Origin: Candidatus Bathyarchaeota archaeon
Lineage (GTDB): Archaea; Thermoproteota; Bathyarchaeia; TCS64
DNA length: 38,612 nt
Direction: 5' to 3'
Assembly (NCBI GenBank): GCA_043826455.1
Contig: JBDRQD010000076.1
Coordinates: 1 to 38,612 of the forward strand
Below are positions 8,545-17,750 of the stretch, in pieces. Each line of letters opens with the position of its first letter. Position 1 is the stretch's first letter. A model generated the notes under the pieces. The model ran no database searches and was not told where the DNA came from. It saw only the letters and a list, made by a program, of their open reading frames with translations. A program made the translations under genes and the position numbers.

Positions 8545-10265
8545 CTCAGCGCCTCCTTCACCCTGTCCCTGATCTCCCCCGGGTTGAAGGGGCGACCGTC
8601 GTACCTCAGCCCCACGTGCTTGAAGCTGTACCCGGTGTTGAGCTTGATGAGGGTCCCCAGCTGGGCTGAGCGGTTGTTCTCGAAGAGGATGCAGTCTCCC
8701 TTCAGGTACTTGTCCAAGCCCTGGGGGAATGGCTCCGCGAAGACCACCTGCACGAACTTAGCCTTTACCCCCTCCTCCTTCACCAGCCTCAGCGCCTCGA
8801 GGGCGGGGCCCTTGGTGCTCCCCCAGCCCACCAGGGTGACCTCCGGCCTCTTGTCCCCGTAGACCCGGATGGGCTCCAGCTTCTCGACGGCCTCCCTGAT
8901 TTGATCGGCCTTCCTGAACCGTTTGTCCATCATCTGGTTAACCGGCTCGACCTGTGAGGTGCTGTAGCCCTGCTCGTCGTGCTCGTTGCTGTTGCCCCTC
9001 ACCAGCAGGCCGTCTGCGCCTGGGAAGGCCCTGGGGGACACACCGTCCTCTGTGTCCAGGTACCTCTTATACTCCTCTGGGCCGCTCCAGGACTCCACTA
9101 GCTTACCCCTGTCCATCCTGACCCTTGACATGTCTAGGCTCGGTATGGTCTGGTTGCCCTCCAGCACGTTCTTGTCCCCCACCACGATGACGGGCACCTG
9201 GAAACGCTCCGCCAGGTTGAAGGCCTCCGCGGTGAGGTAGAAACACTCCTCGGGGTCACCCGGGGCCACCACCACCCTCTGGAACTCGCCGTGAGCACCG
9301 TACACGGCGAAGAGGAGGTCTCCCTGGGCCGAGTAGGTGGCCAGGCCCGTGCTGGGCCCCGGCCTCTGCCCCAGCATGACGACCAGAGGGGTCTCCGTCA
9401 TGGCGGCCAGGCTGAGGCTCTCGGTCATGAGGCAGAAGCCTCCTCCGCTGGTGGCGGTCATGCTGCGCACACCCGTGTAGGATGCGCCCACGGCCATCAT
9501 CGCCGCGGCGATCTCGCTCTCAGTCTGGATGACTGCCATGCCGGTCTCCTTGTCGTGGCCGGCCAGGTAGTGGAGGACAGGGCTCGCCGGGGTCATGGGG
9601 TAAGCCGAGTAGAACTTGCACCCGGCCGCCACGGCTCCCAGGGCTACGGCCTCGTTCCCCGTGAGCCACAGCCTGTCAGGCCTCTCCCCGGGCTCCAGGC
9701 TGCACCTGAAGCCGTAGTTCCACTCAAGGACGTACTCGTAGCCCCTCTGGATGGCCTCGTTGTTCATCTGTATGATCTTCTCTCGGCCCTCAAAGGTCTC
9801 TGCCACCACCTCCTTGAGCGCCCCAACGTCCAGGCCGATGAGGGCGGCCACGGCGCCCAGGCCCACCGTGTTCCTCATGATGTCGGGGCCACCCAGCTCC
9901 TTCACCATCTCAGTCATGGGCACAGTGTAGAGGGTCAGGTCCCTCTCCTTGCCTAAACCATCCTCTAGTTGATCCTTTTCGTCGTGGATGACGCCTCCGC
10001 CCCGGTTCACCTCATCCAGGTGGAGGAGCACCGACTCCCTGTTCAGCGCCACCAGCAGGTCCGCGTGGGGCGTCTGACTGTACACCGGCCTCGCCGATGC
10101 CCTGAGCTGGTAGAAGTTGTGGCCCCCACGGATGAGGCTCGGGTAGTCGATGGCCCCGTAGCAGTGGAACCCGCACCGCATGAGGGCCTTACCCAGGAGC
10201 ATGCCGCTCCTGCTTATGCCCTGCCCTGCCTCCCCGCCGATGATCACACTGACGGTGTCATCCAT
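8541..10265 (-). CDS. korA: 2-oxoacid:ferredoxin oxidoreductase alpha subunit (gamma-alpha fusion type)
   Basis: GGEAGQG, SLIRGGHN, GNEAVALGA, YPMTPAS, ESEIAA, TATSGGG and QRPGPSTG. ATGA overlap with the beta gene. ATG 10265 is preferred (ORF track 10286). Confidence 0.92.
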   Translation of the reverse strand: MDDTVSVIIGGEAGQGISRSGMLLGKALMRCGFHCYGAIDYPSLIRGGHNFYQLRASARPVYSQTPHADLLVALNRESVLLHLDEVNRGGGVIHDEKDQLEDGLGKERDLTLYTVPMTEMVKELGGPDIMRNTVGLGAVAALIGLDVGALKEVVAETFEGREKIIQMNNEAIQRGYEYVLEWNYGFRCSLEPGERPDRLWLTGNEAVALGAVAAGCKFYSAYPMTPASPVLHYLAGHDKETGMAVIQTESEIAAAMMAVGASYTGVRSMTATSGGGFCLMTESLSLAAMTETPLVVMLGQRPGPSTGLATYSAQGDLLFAVYGAHGEFQRVVVAPGDPEECFYLTAEAFNLAERFQVPVIVVGDKNVLEGNQTIPSLDMSRVRMDRGKLVESWSGPEEYKRYLDTEDGVSPRAFPGADGLLVRGNSNEHDEQGYSTSQVEPVNQMMDKRFRKADQIREAVEKLEPIRVYGDKRPEVTLVGWGSTKGPALEALRLVKEEGVKAKFVQVVFAEPFPQGLDKYLKGDCILFENNRSAQLGTLIKLNTGYSFKHVGLRYDGRPFNPGEIRDRVKEALR

Positions 10266-10336
10266 TAACCCTGAACACTTCATCACAGATACTCCTAGAA
10301 CATGGGATCATGGGGACCGGAAAATATGAACATATA

Positions 10337-10354
10337 GTGAACCTTACGGTTCAC
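10337..10354 (-). terminator. 7-bp stem hairpin with GNRA tetraloop downstream of metV
   Basis: The minus-strand RNA reads GUGAACC-GUAA-GGUUCAC, starting 10 nt after the metV stop and followed by U-rich sequence. Confidence 0.45.
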
Positions 10355-10363
10355 ATGAAAGGG

Positions 10364-10999
10364 TTAGAAGATGTGGTGCTGGGTTAGAACCTTCTTGGAG
10401 TTGTCCCTGGGGGGCCTGAACATCTCGAAGAGCTCCATGCGGTTCTGCTCCTTAAGCCTGTCGTAGATTAAGATCCAGGCGCAGTCGTTCTCGTACTTCC
10501 CGACCTCGCACTTGCCCTCCACCTGGCCCCCGCAGGGCCCGTTGAGTATCCCCTTGGCGCACCTGGTTATGGGGCAGACGCCCCCCGTCTCGTCCAGGAT
10601 GCACTCGCCGCAGGCCTTACACACGTCGTGGAACTTGCCCAGGCGCTCCGTCTGTCCTATGAACAGGGTGTCCAGGGCGGGCAGCACTATCTTCTTCGAG
10701 TAGTCGCCGATGGTCTGGACCCCGGCTCCGCAGCTCATGACGATGACCGCGTCGGCCTCCTTCACCTGGTCCCTGAACTCCTTGAGCTCCTTGCGGGTTA
10801 TCCTCAGGTCGCAGGGGTCCTCAACCACTGCCGAGCCGACGGCCCGGTCCCCCAGCTTCTTCACCATCTCGGCCACCTGCTCCTCGCCGCCCGTCATGCA
10901 ACTCGTGGAGCAGGTTCCGCAGCCCACCACGAACAGCTTCTTGAAGGGCTTCAGCATCTCGGTTATCTCTTCCTCTGGTTTCGCCTTCGTTATTATCAT
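10364..10999 (-). CDS. metV: Methylenetetrahydrofolate reductase-associated Fe-S/Zn subunit MetV (MTHFR C-terminal domain protein)
   Basis: GCGTCSTSCMTGG, SCGAGVQ and CKACGECILDETGGVCPITRCAKGILNGPCGG...KCEV...CAW. GAGGTGA RBS at 11006-11012. Confidence 0.92.
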   Translation of the reverse strand: MIITKAKPEEEITEMLKPFKKLFVVGCGTCSTSCMTGGEEQVAEMVKKLGDRAVGSAVVEDPCDLRITRKELKEFRDQVKEADAVIVMSCGAGVQTIGDYSKKIVLPALDTLFIGQTERLGKFHDVCKACGECILDETGGVCPITRCAKGILNGPCGGQVEGKCEVGKYENDCAWILIYDRLKEQNRMELFEMFRPPRDNSKKVLTQHHIF

Positions 11000-11010
11000 C
11001 TCATATCACC

Positions 11011-11934
11011 TCAGAACTGCTCCAGCAGCGGCTCAAATATGCGCTCATACAGCACAGCCATGACGTGGATTCCCGCCGCCTTGGTGGTCTTCCTGATCTC
11101 CTTGATGAAGGGCCCGAAGAACTCCAGGTTCACCTCATCGTAGAGAGCGCTCCTCCTCACCTTGTCCGGCTCCTCCTTGGCCTTAGCCATGGAGGCCAGC
11201 AGGTCCGGCGGCACCTTTACCCCGGGGATGTTCTTGTCGAAGAAGTCGGCTATGCCGAAGCTCTTCAGCGGGAACACTCCTATGAGGACGGGGCACTTGT
11301 ACCTTTCCACTTCTTTGAGGAATGTCTTGGTCTTCTCGATGTCGAACATGGTCTGGGTCTGTATGAAGTCGGCTCCGATCCTGGTCTTGCGGCCTATCTT
11401 GAGGACCTCAGGCATCAGTGGGTCGGCGTTGGGGTTGGCTGCTATGCCCACGTTGATCTCCACCTTCCCGTGGATCTCGTTCCCGGCCAGGTCCACTCCC
11501 TCGTCTATCATCTTGTGGAGCAGGTACACGAACTGGGCGCTGTCAAGGTCGTAAACCGACAGGGCCCCCTTGTTGTCGCCGAGGACCGTGTGGTCCCCTG
11601 AGATGGTCAGTATGTTCTTTATCCCCAGGTAGGACGCCGCCAGGACGTCGGAGACTATGGCTAGCCTGTTCCTGTCCCTGATGGTCATCTGGTAGACGGC
11701 CTCTAGGCCCACCTCCTTCTGTATCACCCAGGACGGGACCAGGCTGTTCATGTAGGCGTAGGCCAGGGGGTTGTCGGTCACGTTGGCCGCGACGACGTAG
11801 GGCTTCATGGCCCTTGCGCTGACGAGGATCTCGTCCAGGCTTGTTACTTTCTCAGGCTCCAGCTCGCCGGTCAGGACGAACTTTTTTGCTTTAATGTCCT
11901 TGACTAGCTGGCTGTAGGCTGGTCGATTGATCAC
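11011..11934 (-). CDS. metF: Methylenetetrahydrofolate (methylene-H4pterin) reductase MetF
   Basis: FVLTGELEP, NVTDNP, RDRNRLAI, NILTISGDH, YDLDS, GADFIQTQ and GIHVM. GTG at 11934 lies 6 nt from AGGAGGA (ORF track start 11955). Confidence 0.92.
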   Translation of the reverse strand: MINRPAYSQLVKDIKAKKFVLTGELEPEKVTSLDEILVSARAMKPYVVAANVTDNPLAYAYMNSLVPSWVIQKEVGLEAVYQMTIRDRNRLAIVSDVLAASYLGIKNILTISGDHTVLGDNKGALSVYDLDSAQFVYLLHKMIDEGVDLAGNEIHGKVEINVGIAANPNADPLMPEVLKIGRKTRIGADFIQTQTMFDIEKTKTFLKEVERYKCPVLIGVFPLKSFGIADFFDKNIPGVKVPPDLLASMAKAKEEPDKVRRSALYDEVNLEFFGPFIKEIRKTTKAAGIHVMAVLYERIFEPLLEQF

Positions 11935-11955
11935 GTCTAATCCTCCTGTTAGCAT

Positions 11956-12086
11956 AATATGCCGACGTGTTTTTAGAATTTTTTATCAACTGTTATTAAA
12001 TCTAGCTATTTTTACATAAATGTTGTAAATGCTATAAATAATATACTACCATGTAGCAAGATAATAGATCCAAAGGAGAGAACACG
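11956..12086. promoter_or_regulatory. AT-rich divergent promoter region for metFV and cdhABCDE
   Basis: Strongly AT-rich against GC-rich flanks. Contains TATA-like TATAAATA, inverted repeat TTTACA-N7-TGTAAA (12011-12029) and an AAGGAG RBS before cdhA. Confidence 0.7.
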
Positions 12087-14432
12087 TTGGCGAACAAGAA
12101 CGTCAAGCTCAAGTTCGATGAGCTCTCATCCGCCCTCGGCACCTTCAAGGGCCTAGAGATCCAGATAGGCCGAATCGTGGACGAGGAGTGGGAGGAGCCC
12201 ATGGGACCCACACCCATGCCCTCGGTGGGCACCCTAAGGAGCTGGGACAGGAAGCTCCTAAACCGTTACAAGCCCTTCTACATGCCCTTATGCGACCTGT
12301 GCTGTCTATGCACCTTCGGTAAGTGCGACCTTACAGGCGACAAGAAGGGCGCCTGCGGCCTGACCATGGCTGGCCAGCAGTCCAGAATAGTACTCATAGC
12401 CTGCTGCATAGGCGCATCCACCCACGCCGCCCACGGCCGTCACATGCTCAACCACCTCATGGAGGAGTACGGCAGAGATACACCCCTTGAGGTTGCGCTG
12501 AACACCAACGTCGAGGCGCCCCACGTCCGGCTGGTGTGCGGCATCAAGCCCAAGACCATAGGGGACCTGGAGGAGGCTCTGGACTACGTGGAGACCCAGA
12601 TAGTGCAGCTGGTGGCCGCCGCTCACACCGGGCAGGAGGGAGACAACATCGACTTCGAGTCCAAGGCCTTCCACGCGGGGATGCTGGACCACGTGGCCCT
12701 GGAGGTGGCCGACCTCATGCAGATAGCTACGCTCGGCCTGCCCAAGGGAGACCCCGAGGCGCCCCTGGCTGAACTGGGCTATGGCACCATCGACGCGAAG
12801 AAGCCGGTGATCATGTGCATAGGCCACAACGTGCTGCCCAGCGTGGACATCATCGACTACCTCATGAACCACGACCTCTTCGACCAGGTGGAGGTGGGCG
12901 GCCTCTGCTGCACAGCCCACGACATGAGCAGATACAATAAGCGCTCCAAGATCGTCGGCCCCATCTCGTGGCAGCTCAAGTTCATCAAGTCCGGGATACC
13001 CGACCTCATAGTAGTGGACGAGCAGTGCATCCGCACAGACGTAATGGACCAGGCCCGGGAGATCGGCGTCCCCGTCCTCGCGGCCAGCGAGAAGAGCTGC
13101 CTGGGCCTACCCGATAGGACCCACGACCCGGCCGAGGCCGTGATAGAGGATCTGGTGTCGGGGAAGACGCCGGGCGCCCTGGTCATCGAGCCCAGGAAGG
13201 TGGGCGAGATAGCGGTGAAGACCGCCATGGCTGTCAGGAAGAGGCGCGGAGAAAACAAGCTGGTTAACCTGGGCGAGCTATCGGAGATCGCTGCCAAGTG
13301 CCGTACATGTGTGGAGTGTGTCAGGGCGTGTCCCAACATGCTGCCCATAATGGACGCCATGGTGGCCGCCAAGGAGGGTGACTATGGGCCGCTGGCTGAG
13401 CTCAACGACCTGTGCGTGGGCTGCGGCCGATGCGAGAGCGCCTGCCCGGTGGATCTACCCATCGTGACCATGATCACACAGGCGTCCAAGGATGAGCTCA
13501 TCAACGAGAAGTACCCCATAAGGGTGGGCAGGGGAGCCATCCAGGACGTGGAGATCAGAGAGGTGGGCAGCCCCATTGTCTTCGGGGAGATACCCGGTGT
13601 CGTGGCCCTGGTGGGCTGCGCCAACTATCCGGCGGGGGGCGGCGACGTGGCCGCAATGGCCGAGGAGTTCCTGAAGCGCCGCTTCATCGTGGTGGCCTCT
13701 GGGTGCTCAGCCATGAACATAGCCATGACCAAGGACGAGGACGGCCAGAACCTCTACGAGAAGTACCCGGGCAACTTCGACGCCGGGGGCCTGGTGAACG
13801 TGGGAAGCTGCGTCTCTAACGGCCACATAACGGGGGCCGCCATCAAGATCGCTAACATCTTCGCTAAGCGTCCCCTGAGGGGTAATTACGAGGAGATAGC
13901 AGACTACATCTATAATCGTGTCGGTGCTGTGGGTGTCGCTTGGGGCGCCATGAGCCAGAAGGCGGCTGCCATAGCATCCGGCTGCTGGAGGCTGGGGATA
14001 CCTGTGGTTGTTGGCCCACACGGCTCCAAGTACCGGCGAATGCTCCTGGGTGACAAGGACAAGGAGGAGGACTGGAAGGTCTACAATGCCAGGGATGGCG
14101 AGGAGGTGTACGTGGGACCGGTTCCCGAGCACCTCTTCTACGCGGCCGAGACCCTGGAGGAGGCCTTGGTACTCATCTCCAAGCTGGTCATGAGGCCCAA
14201 CGACACCAGCAAGGGCCGCGCGGTGAAGCTCAGCCACTACATAGACCTCTACAAGAAGCATTACGGGGCAATGCCCGACGACCTACACCTGTTCGTCCGC
14301 CGCGGCCAGGACATACCCTTCACCATGAAGGATGAGATAGTGAAGATACTGGAGGCGAAGGACTGGGTGGAGGACAGGATAGCGTCACCCGACCCGACCC
14401 TGCTTGACAGGATGGTGAGGAGGCGAGAGTGA
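12087..14432 (+). CDS. cdhA: CO dehydrogenase/acetyl-CoA synthase complex alpha subunit (Ni-CODH, archaeal type)
   Basis: CDLCCLCTFGKC, IGHNV, GLCCTAHD, DEQC, two ferredoxin motifs (CRTCVECVRAC and CVGCGRCESAC), GCANYP and GSCVSN. Confidence 0.98.
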   Translation: MANKNVKLKFDELSSALGTFKGLEIQIGRIVDEEWEEPMGPTPMPSVGTLRSWDRKLLNRYKPFYMPLCDLCCLCTFGKCDLTGDKKGACGLTMAGQQSRIVLIACCIGASTHAAHGRHMLNHLMEEYGRDTPLEVALNTNVEAPHVRLVCGIKPKTIGDLEEALDYVETQIVQLVAAAHTGQEGDNIDFESKAFHAGMLDHVALEVADLMQIATLGLPKGDPEAPLAELGYGTIDAKKPVIMCIGHNVLPSVDIIDYLMNHDLFDQVEVGGLCCTAHDMSRYNKRSKIVGPISWQLKFIKSGIPDLIVVDEQCIRTDVMDQAREIGVPVLAASEKSCLGLPDRTHDPAEAVIEDLVSGKTPGALVIEPRKVGEIAVKTAMAVRKRRGENKLVNLGELSEIAAKCRTCVECVRACPNMLPIMDAMVAAKEGDYGPLAELNDLCVGCGRCESACPVDLPIVTMITQASKDELINEKYPIRVGRGAIQDVEIREVGSPIVFGEIPGVVALVGCANYPAGGGDVAAMAEEFLKRRFIVVASGCSAMNIAMTKDEDGQNLYEKYPGNFDAGGLVNVGSCVSNGHITGAAIKIANIFAKRPLRGNYEEIADYIYNRVGAVGVAWGAMSQKAAAIASGCWRLGIPVVVGPHGSKYRRMLLGDKDKEEDWKVYNARDGEEVYVGPVPEHLFYAAETLEEALVLISKLVMRPNDTSKGRAVKLSHYIDLYKKHYGAMPDDLHLFVRRGQDIPFTMKDEIVKILEAKDWVEDRIASPDPTLLDRMVRRRE

Positions 14433-14977
14433 TGGCGGCCAAGATGAACACCGGGCAGACCGCGGAGATCGCTGGCCCCAAGAAGGCCAACATCTTCCCC
14501 AACACCGACGTGGCCGCTAACCTCATAGCAAAAGCCAAGCGGCCTCTGCTCGTCATAGGGTCAGAGTCAACCACCGTGAAGACCAACGACGGCGACCTAT
14601 TGGACTCAGCCATCAGGGCCATGAAGAACAGGAAGCTGTCCGTGGTGGCCACGGGCCACCTGGTGGGCGAGTTCAGGAAGAGGGGCGTAGACAAGGCCTA
14701 CAGCATGTCAATATTTGTACTGGGTAAGCACCTTAGCGACCCGGAGTGGAAAGGCTTCGACGGCAAGGGGCCCTACGACGCCGTGGTCTTCGCCGGGTTC
14801 GCCTACTACATGGAGTGGCTGGTGGAGTCCGGCCTGAAGAACTTCAGCAAGCTCAGGACCATCAGCCTGGAGAGGAGCTACCAGCCTAACGCCGAGTGGA
14901 GCCTGGGCTGGATGCCGGAGCCCGACTGGAGGGAGACAATAGATAAGATAGTTTCACGTTTAGAGGAGGGAAAGTAA
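14429..14977 (+). CDS. cdhB: CODH/ACS complex epsilon subunit
   Basis: AKRPLLVIG, DPEWKGFDGKGPYD and YQPNAEWS, positioned between cdhA and cdhC. Confidence 0.95.
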   Translation: MMAAKMNTGQTAEIAGPKKANIFPNTDVAANLIAKAKRPLLVIGSESTTVKTNDGDLLDSAIRAMKNRKLSVVATGHLVGEFRKRGVDKAYSMSIFVLGKHLSDPEWKGFDGKGPYDAVVFAGFAYYMEWLVESGLKNFSKLRTISLERSYQPNAEWSLGWMPEPDWRETIDKIVSRLEEGK

Positions 14978-14978
14978 A

Positions 14979-16412
14979 GTGTCGATGTTTGATGACATCC
15001 CCGTGGATGTAGGCATCATCTACGAGGGTGAAAGGATCAGGGGCCGCGACATGCAGATCGAGCTGGGGGGCCCCAGAGAGACCTACAAGTTCGAGCTGGT
15101 CCAGGCCAAGCCGATGGACGAGATCGAGGACGGCAAGATGACCATCATAGGGAAGGACATCCATGAGCTCCCCGAGGGCACCAACACGCCCTTCGGCATG
15201 GTCATCGAGGTGGCCGGCGCCGAGATAGAGAAGGACCTGGAGGGCGTCATAGAGCGCAGGCTCCACGAGTACGTCAACTTCATAGAGGGCTTCATGCACC
15301 TGAACCAGCGCTACGACATACAGATGAGGCTCAGCAAGAAGAGCTTCCAGAAGGGCTTCAACAGCTTCAAACACCTGGGCACGGTGCTGATGCGCCTCTA
15401 CAAGAGCGAGATGTCCTTCACGGAGAAGATGCAGATCACCTTCATCACCGACCCCGCCAAGGTGGAGGAGTGGTACACCAAAGCCATGGAAATATACGAG
15501 GCCAGGGACGCCCGAGCACGCGGCATGAGCGACGACGAGGTGGAGGTCTTCTACGGGTGCAGCCTCTGCCAGAGCTTCGCCCCCACCCACCTGTGCGTCA
15601 TCACGCCTCAACGGTACGCCAACTGCGGAGCCATCAGCTGGTTCGACGGCAGGGCCACCTCCAAGGTGGACCCCAAGGGGCCCGTGTTCGAGATATCCAA
15701 GGGCGAACTCATAGACACCGTGAAGGGCGAGTACAAGGACGTCAACAGGGTCATAAGGGAAAAGAGCCTGGGAGAGATCGAGCGCGTACAGCTGTACACC
15801 GCCTTCGACTACCCCCACACAAGCTGCGGCTGCTTCGAGGGCTGCGCCTTCTACATCCCCGAGGTGGACGGCTTCGGCGTAGTCCACCGCAACTACAAGG
15901 GCCAGACAGTCAACGGCCTGGACTTCGTCACCATCAGCGACCTGACAGCCGGCGGCAGGCAGGTGGACGGGTTCCACGGCCTCAGCATAGAGTACATGAG
16001 GAGCCCCAAGTTCCTCCAGGCCGACGGCGGCTGGGACCGGGTCGTCTGGATGCCCAAGGACATCATGGAAAGGATCAAGGAGTATATGCCCCCCGAGATA
16101 GTGCCCAAGATAGCGACCGAGGAGAGCGTCCCGGACCTGGACGGCCTGAAGAAGTGGCTCCGGGAGAAGAGCCACCCCATAGTAGGGACCTGGAAGGCCG
16201 AGGCTGAGAAGCCCGCCCCTGCGGCGGCGCCCCAGCCGGGGCAGCAGCAGGTGCCCATGACCGGGTTCACCGTGCCCACCTTGGAGCTCCCCGCCAGCGC
16301 GTTACCCATGTCCGCGTTGCAGGGTCTGCCCCCGGGGATGTCCATCAAGATCATCCTGAAGAACGCCAAGATCAAGGCAGAGCGGGTCATCATCAAGACG
16401 GTGAAGGAGTAG
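14979..16412 (+). CDS. cdhC: Acetyl-CoA synthase (CODH/ACS beta subunit, A-cluster)
   Basis: YEGERIR, FYGCSLCQSFAPTHLC, CGAISW and PHTSCGCFE. Start could be ATG 14985. Confidence 0.98.
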   Translation: MSMFDDIPVDVGIIYEGERIRGRDMQIELGGPRETYKFELVQAKPMDEIEDGKMTIIGKDIHELPEGTNTPFGMVIEVAGAEIEKDLEGVIERRLHEYVNFIEGFMHLNQRYDIQMRLSKKSFQKGFNSFKHLGTVLMRLYKSEMSFTEKMQITFITDPAKVEEWYTKAMEIYEARDARARGMSDDEVEVFYGCSLCQSFAPTHLCVITPQRYANCGAISWFDGRATSKVDPKGPVFEISKGELIDTVKGEYKDVNRVIREKSLGEIERVQLYTAFDYPHTSCGCFEGCAFYIPEVDGFGVVHRNYKGQTVNGLDFVTISDLTAGGRQVDGFHGLSIEYMRSPKFLQADGGWDRVVWMPKDIMERIKEYMPPEIVPKIATEESVPDLDGLKKWLREKSHPIVGTWKAEAEKPAPAAAPQPGQQQVPMTGFTVPTLELPASALPMSALQGLPPGMSIKIILKNAKIKAERVIIKTVKE

Positions 16413-16417
16413 CCGCC

Positions 16418-17746
16418 ATGACTAAACCAGACAAGCTCACTCTGCCCATCAGCCGGGACCTCCTGGAGCGGCTGGCCAAGTTCCAGGAGATAGAGCTGGA
16501 GGACGTGGAGATGGAGCTGGACGAGATAGAGCTAGACATCGAGGGCGGCGGAGGAGGCATGCATCCCGCCCAGATGGCGCGGCTGGCCTACGAGTTCTCC
16601 CTCATACGGGACTCGGCCAGCAGGATCACCCAGGTCCTGGGAGGCTACACGCCCGTGGGGATGCCTCAGCCCATGCAGAGCCAGCAGGCCGCGGCTCTCG
16701 CCCCCATGGCTCCAGCGCCGAAGCCTACGAAGCTGATCCCAGCCAAGGTCACCATACCCAAGGCCGACTACGTGGGGCAGGTGGTGGAGGTGAAGCTGGG
16801 GGCCACCAAGGCCGAGGGAGGGACAAGGTCAAGGTCCTACACAATCGGAGGCGAGAAGGCCCCCGCCTTCTACAACTTCCAGGCGCCGCCCCCCAACAAG
16901 CCCATAATAGCCCTGGACGTCTTCGACTGGCCCAAGGTGCGCCTGTCCAAGGCGGTGAAGATGCACTTCGAGGAGGTCCTGGAGGACACCGGGGAGTGGG
17001 CCCGGGTGTGCGTCGAGAAGTTCGGCGCAGAGATGGTTAACCTCCACCTGCTCACCATCGACCCCCTCATCGAGGACGCGCCCCCCAAAGCGGCCGTCAA
17101 GAAGGTGGAAGAGGTGCTGGAGGCAGTGGACGTGCCCATAAGCATAGGCGGCTGCGGTGACCCCAAGAAGGACCTGGCTGTCTTCACGGCCATCTCGGAG
17201 AAGATCGAGGGGGAGCGGCTGCTCATCAACTCGGTGACCCTGGACATGGACATAGAGAAGTCGGCCAAGCTCATCAAGGACCACGACAACTGCGTCATCG
17301 CCTTCACCAGCATGGACGTGAACAAGGCCAGGGAGCTCAACAGGAAGCTCTACGACTTCGTCCCCAAGGAGCAGATAATCATGGACACCACCACCGCTGC
17401 CCTGGGCTACGGCCTGGACTACGCCTTCACCGTCATGGAGAGAAGCCGCCTGGCCGCCCTCAAGGGCGACCCCGAGCTCAACCACCCCCTCTCATCAGGC
17501 ACCACCAACGCGTGGGCCGCCAGGGAGAGCTGGATGAAGATGGGCCCAGAGTTCAGCCCCAGGGAGCTGAGAGGCCCCATATGGGAGACCATCACAGGGC
17601 AGACGCTGCTCCTGGCCGGCGTAGACTACTTCATGATGATGCACCCGGCCGCGGTCAACGCCCTAAAGACCATGATCGACGGCCTCATGAAGGGCGACAA
17701 GCCCACGGACCCGGCTGACTGGGTCACGCTGAAGGTGGGAGGCTAA
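16418..17746 (+). CDS. cdhD: Corrinoid Fe-S protein small subunit (CODH/ACS delta)
   Basis: EVKLGATKAEGGTR, ALGYGLDYA, NAWAARESW, RGPIWE and MMMHP. Confidence 0.96.
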   Translation: MTKPDKLTLPISRDLLERLAKFQEIELEDVEMELDEIELDIEGGGGGMHPAQMARLAYEFSLIRDSASRITQVLGGYTPVGMPQPMQSQQAAALAPMAPAPKPTKLIPAKVTIPKADYVGQVVEVKLGATKAEGGTRSRSYTIGGEKAPAFYNFQAPPPNKPIIALDVFDWPKVRLSKAVKMHFEEVLEDTGEWARVCVEKFGAEMVNLHLLTIDPLIEDAPPKAAVKKVEEVLEAVDVPISIGGCGDPKKDLAVFTAISEKIEGERLLINSVTLDMDIEKSAKLIKDHDNCVIAFTSMDVNKARELNRKLYDFVPKEQIIMDTTTAALGYGLDYAFTVMERSRLAALKGDPELNHPLSSGTTNAWAARESWMKMGPEFSPRELRGPIWETITGQTLLLAGVDYFMMMHPAAVNALKTMIDGLMKGDKPTDPADWVTLKVGG

Positions 17747-17750
17747 GAGG

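Noticed and set aside
14886..16175. 429-aa antisense ORF inside cdhC, and similar long shadow ORFs (63-1010, 9291-9956, 22862-23833, 23843-24658)
   Set aside because: They overlap well-supported genes and have no recognisable motifs. Such ORFs are expected from strong GC3 codon bias, which depletes stops in other frames.
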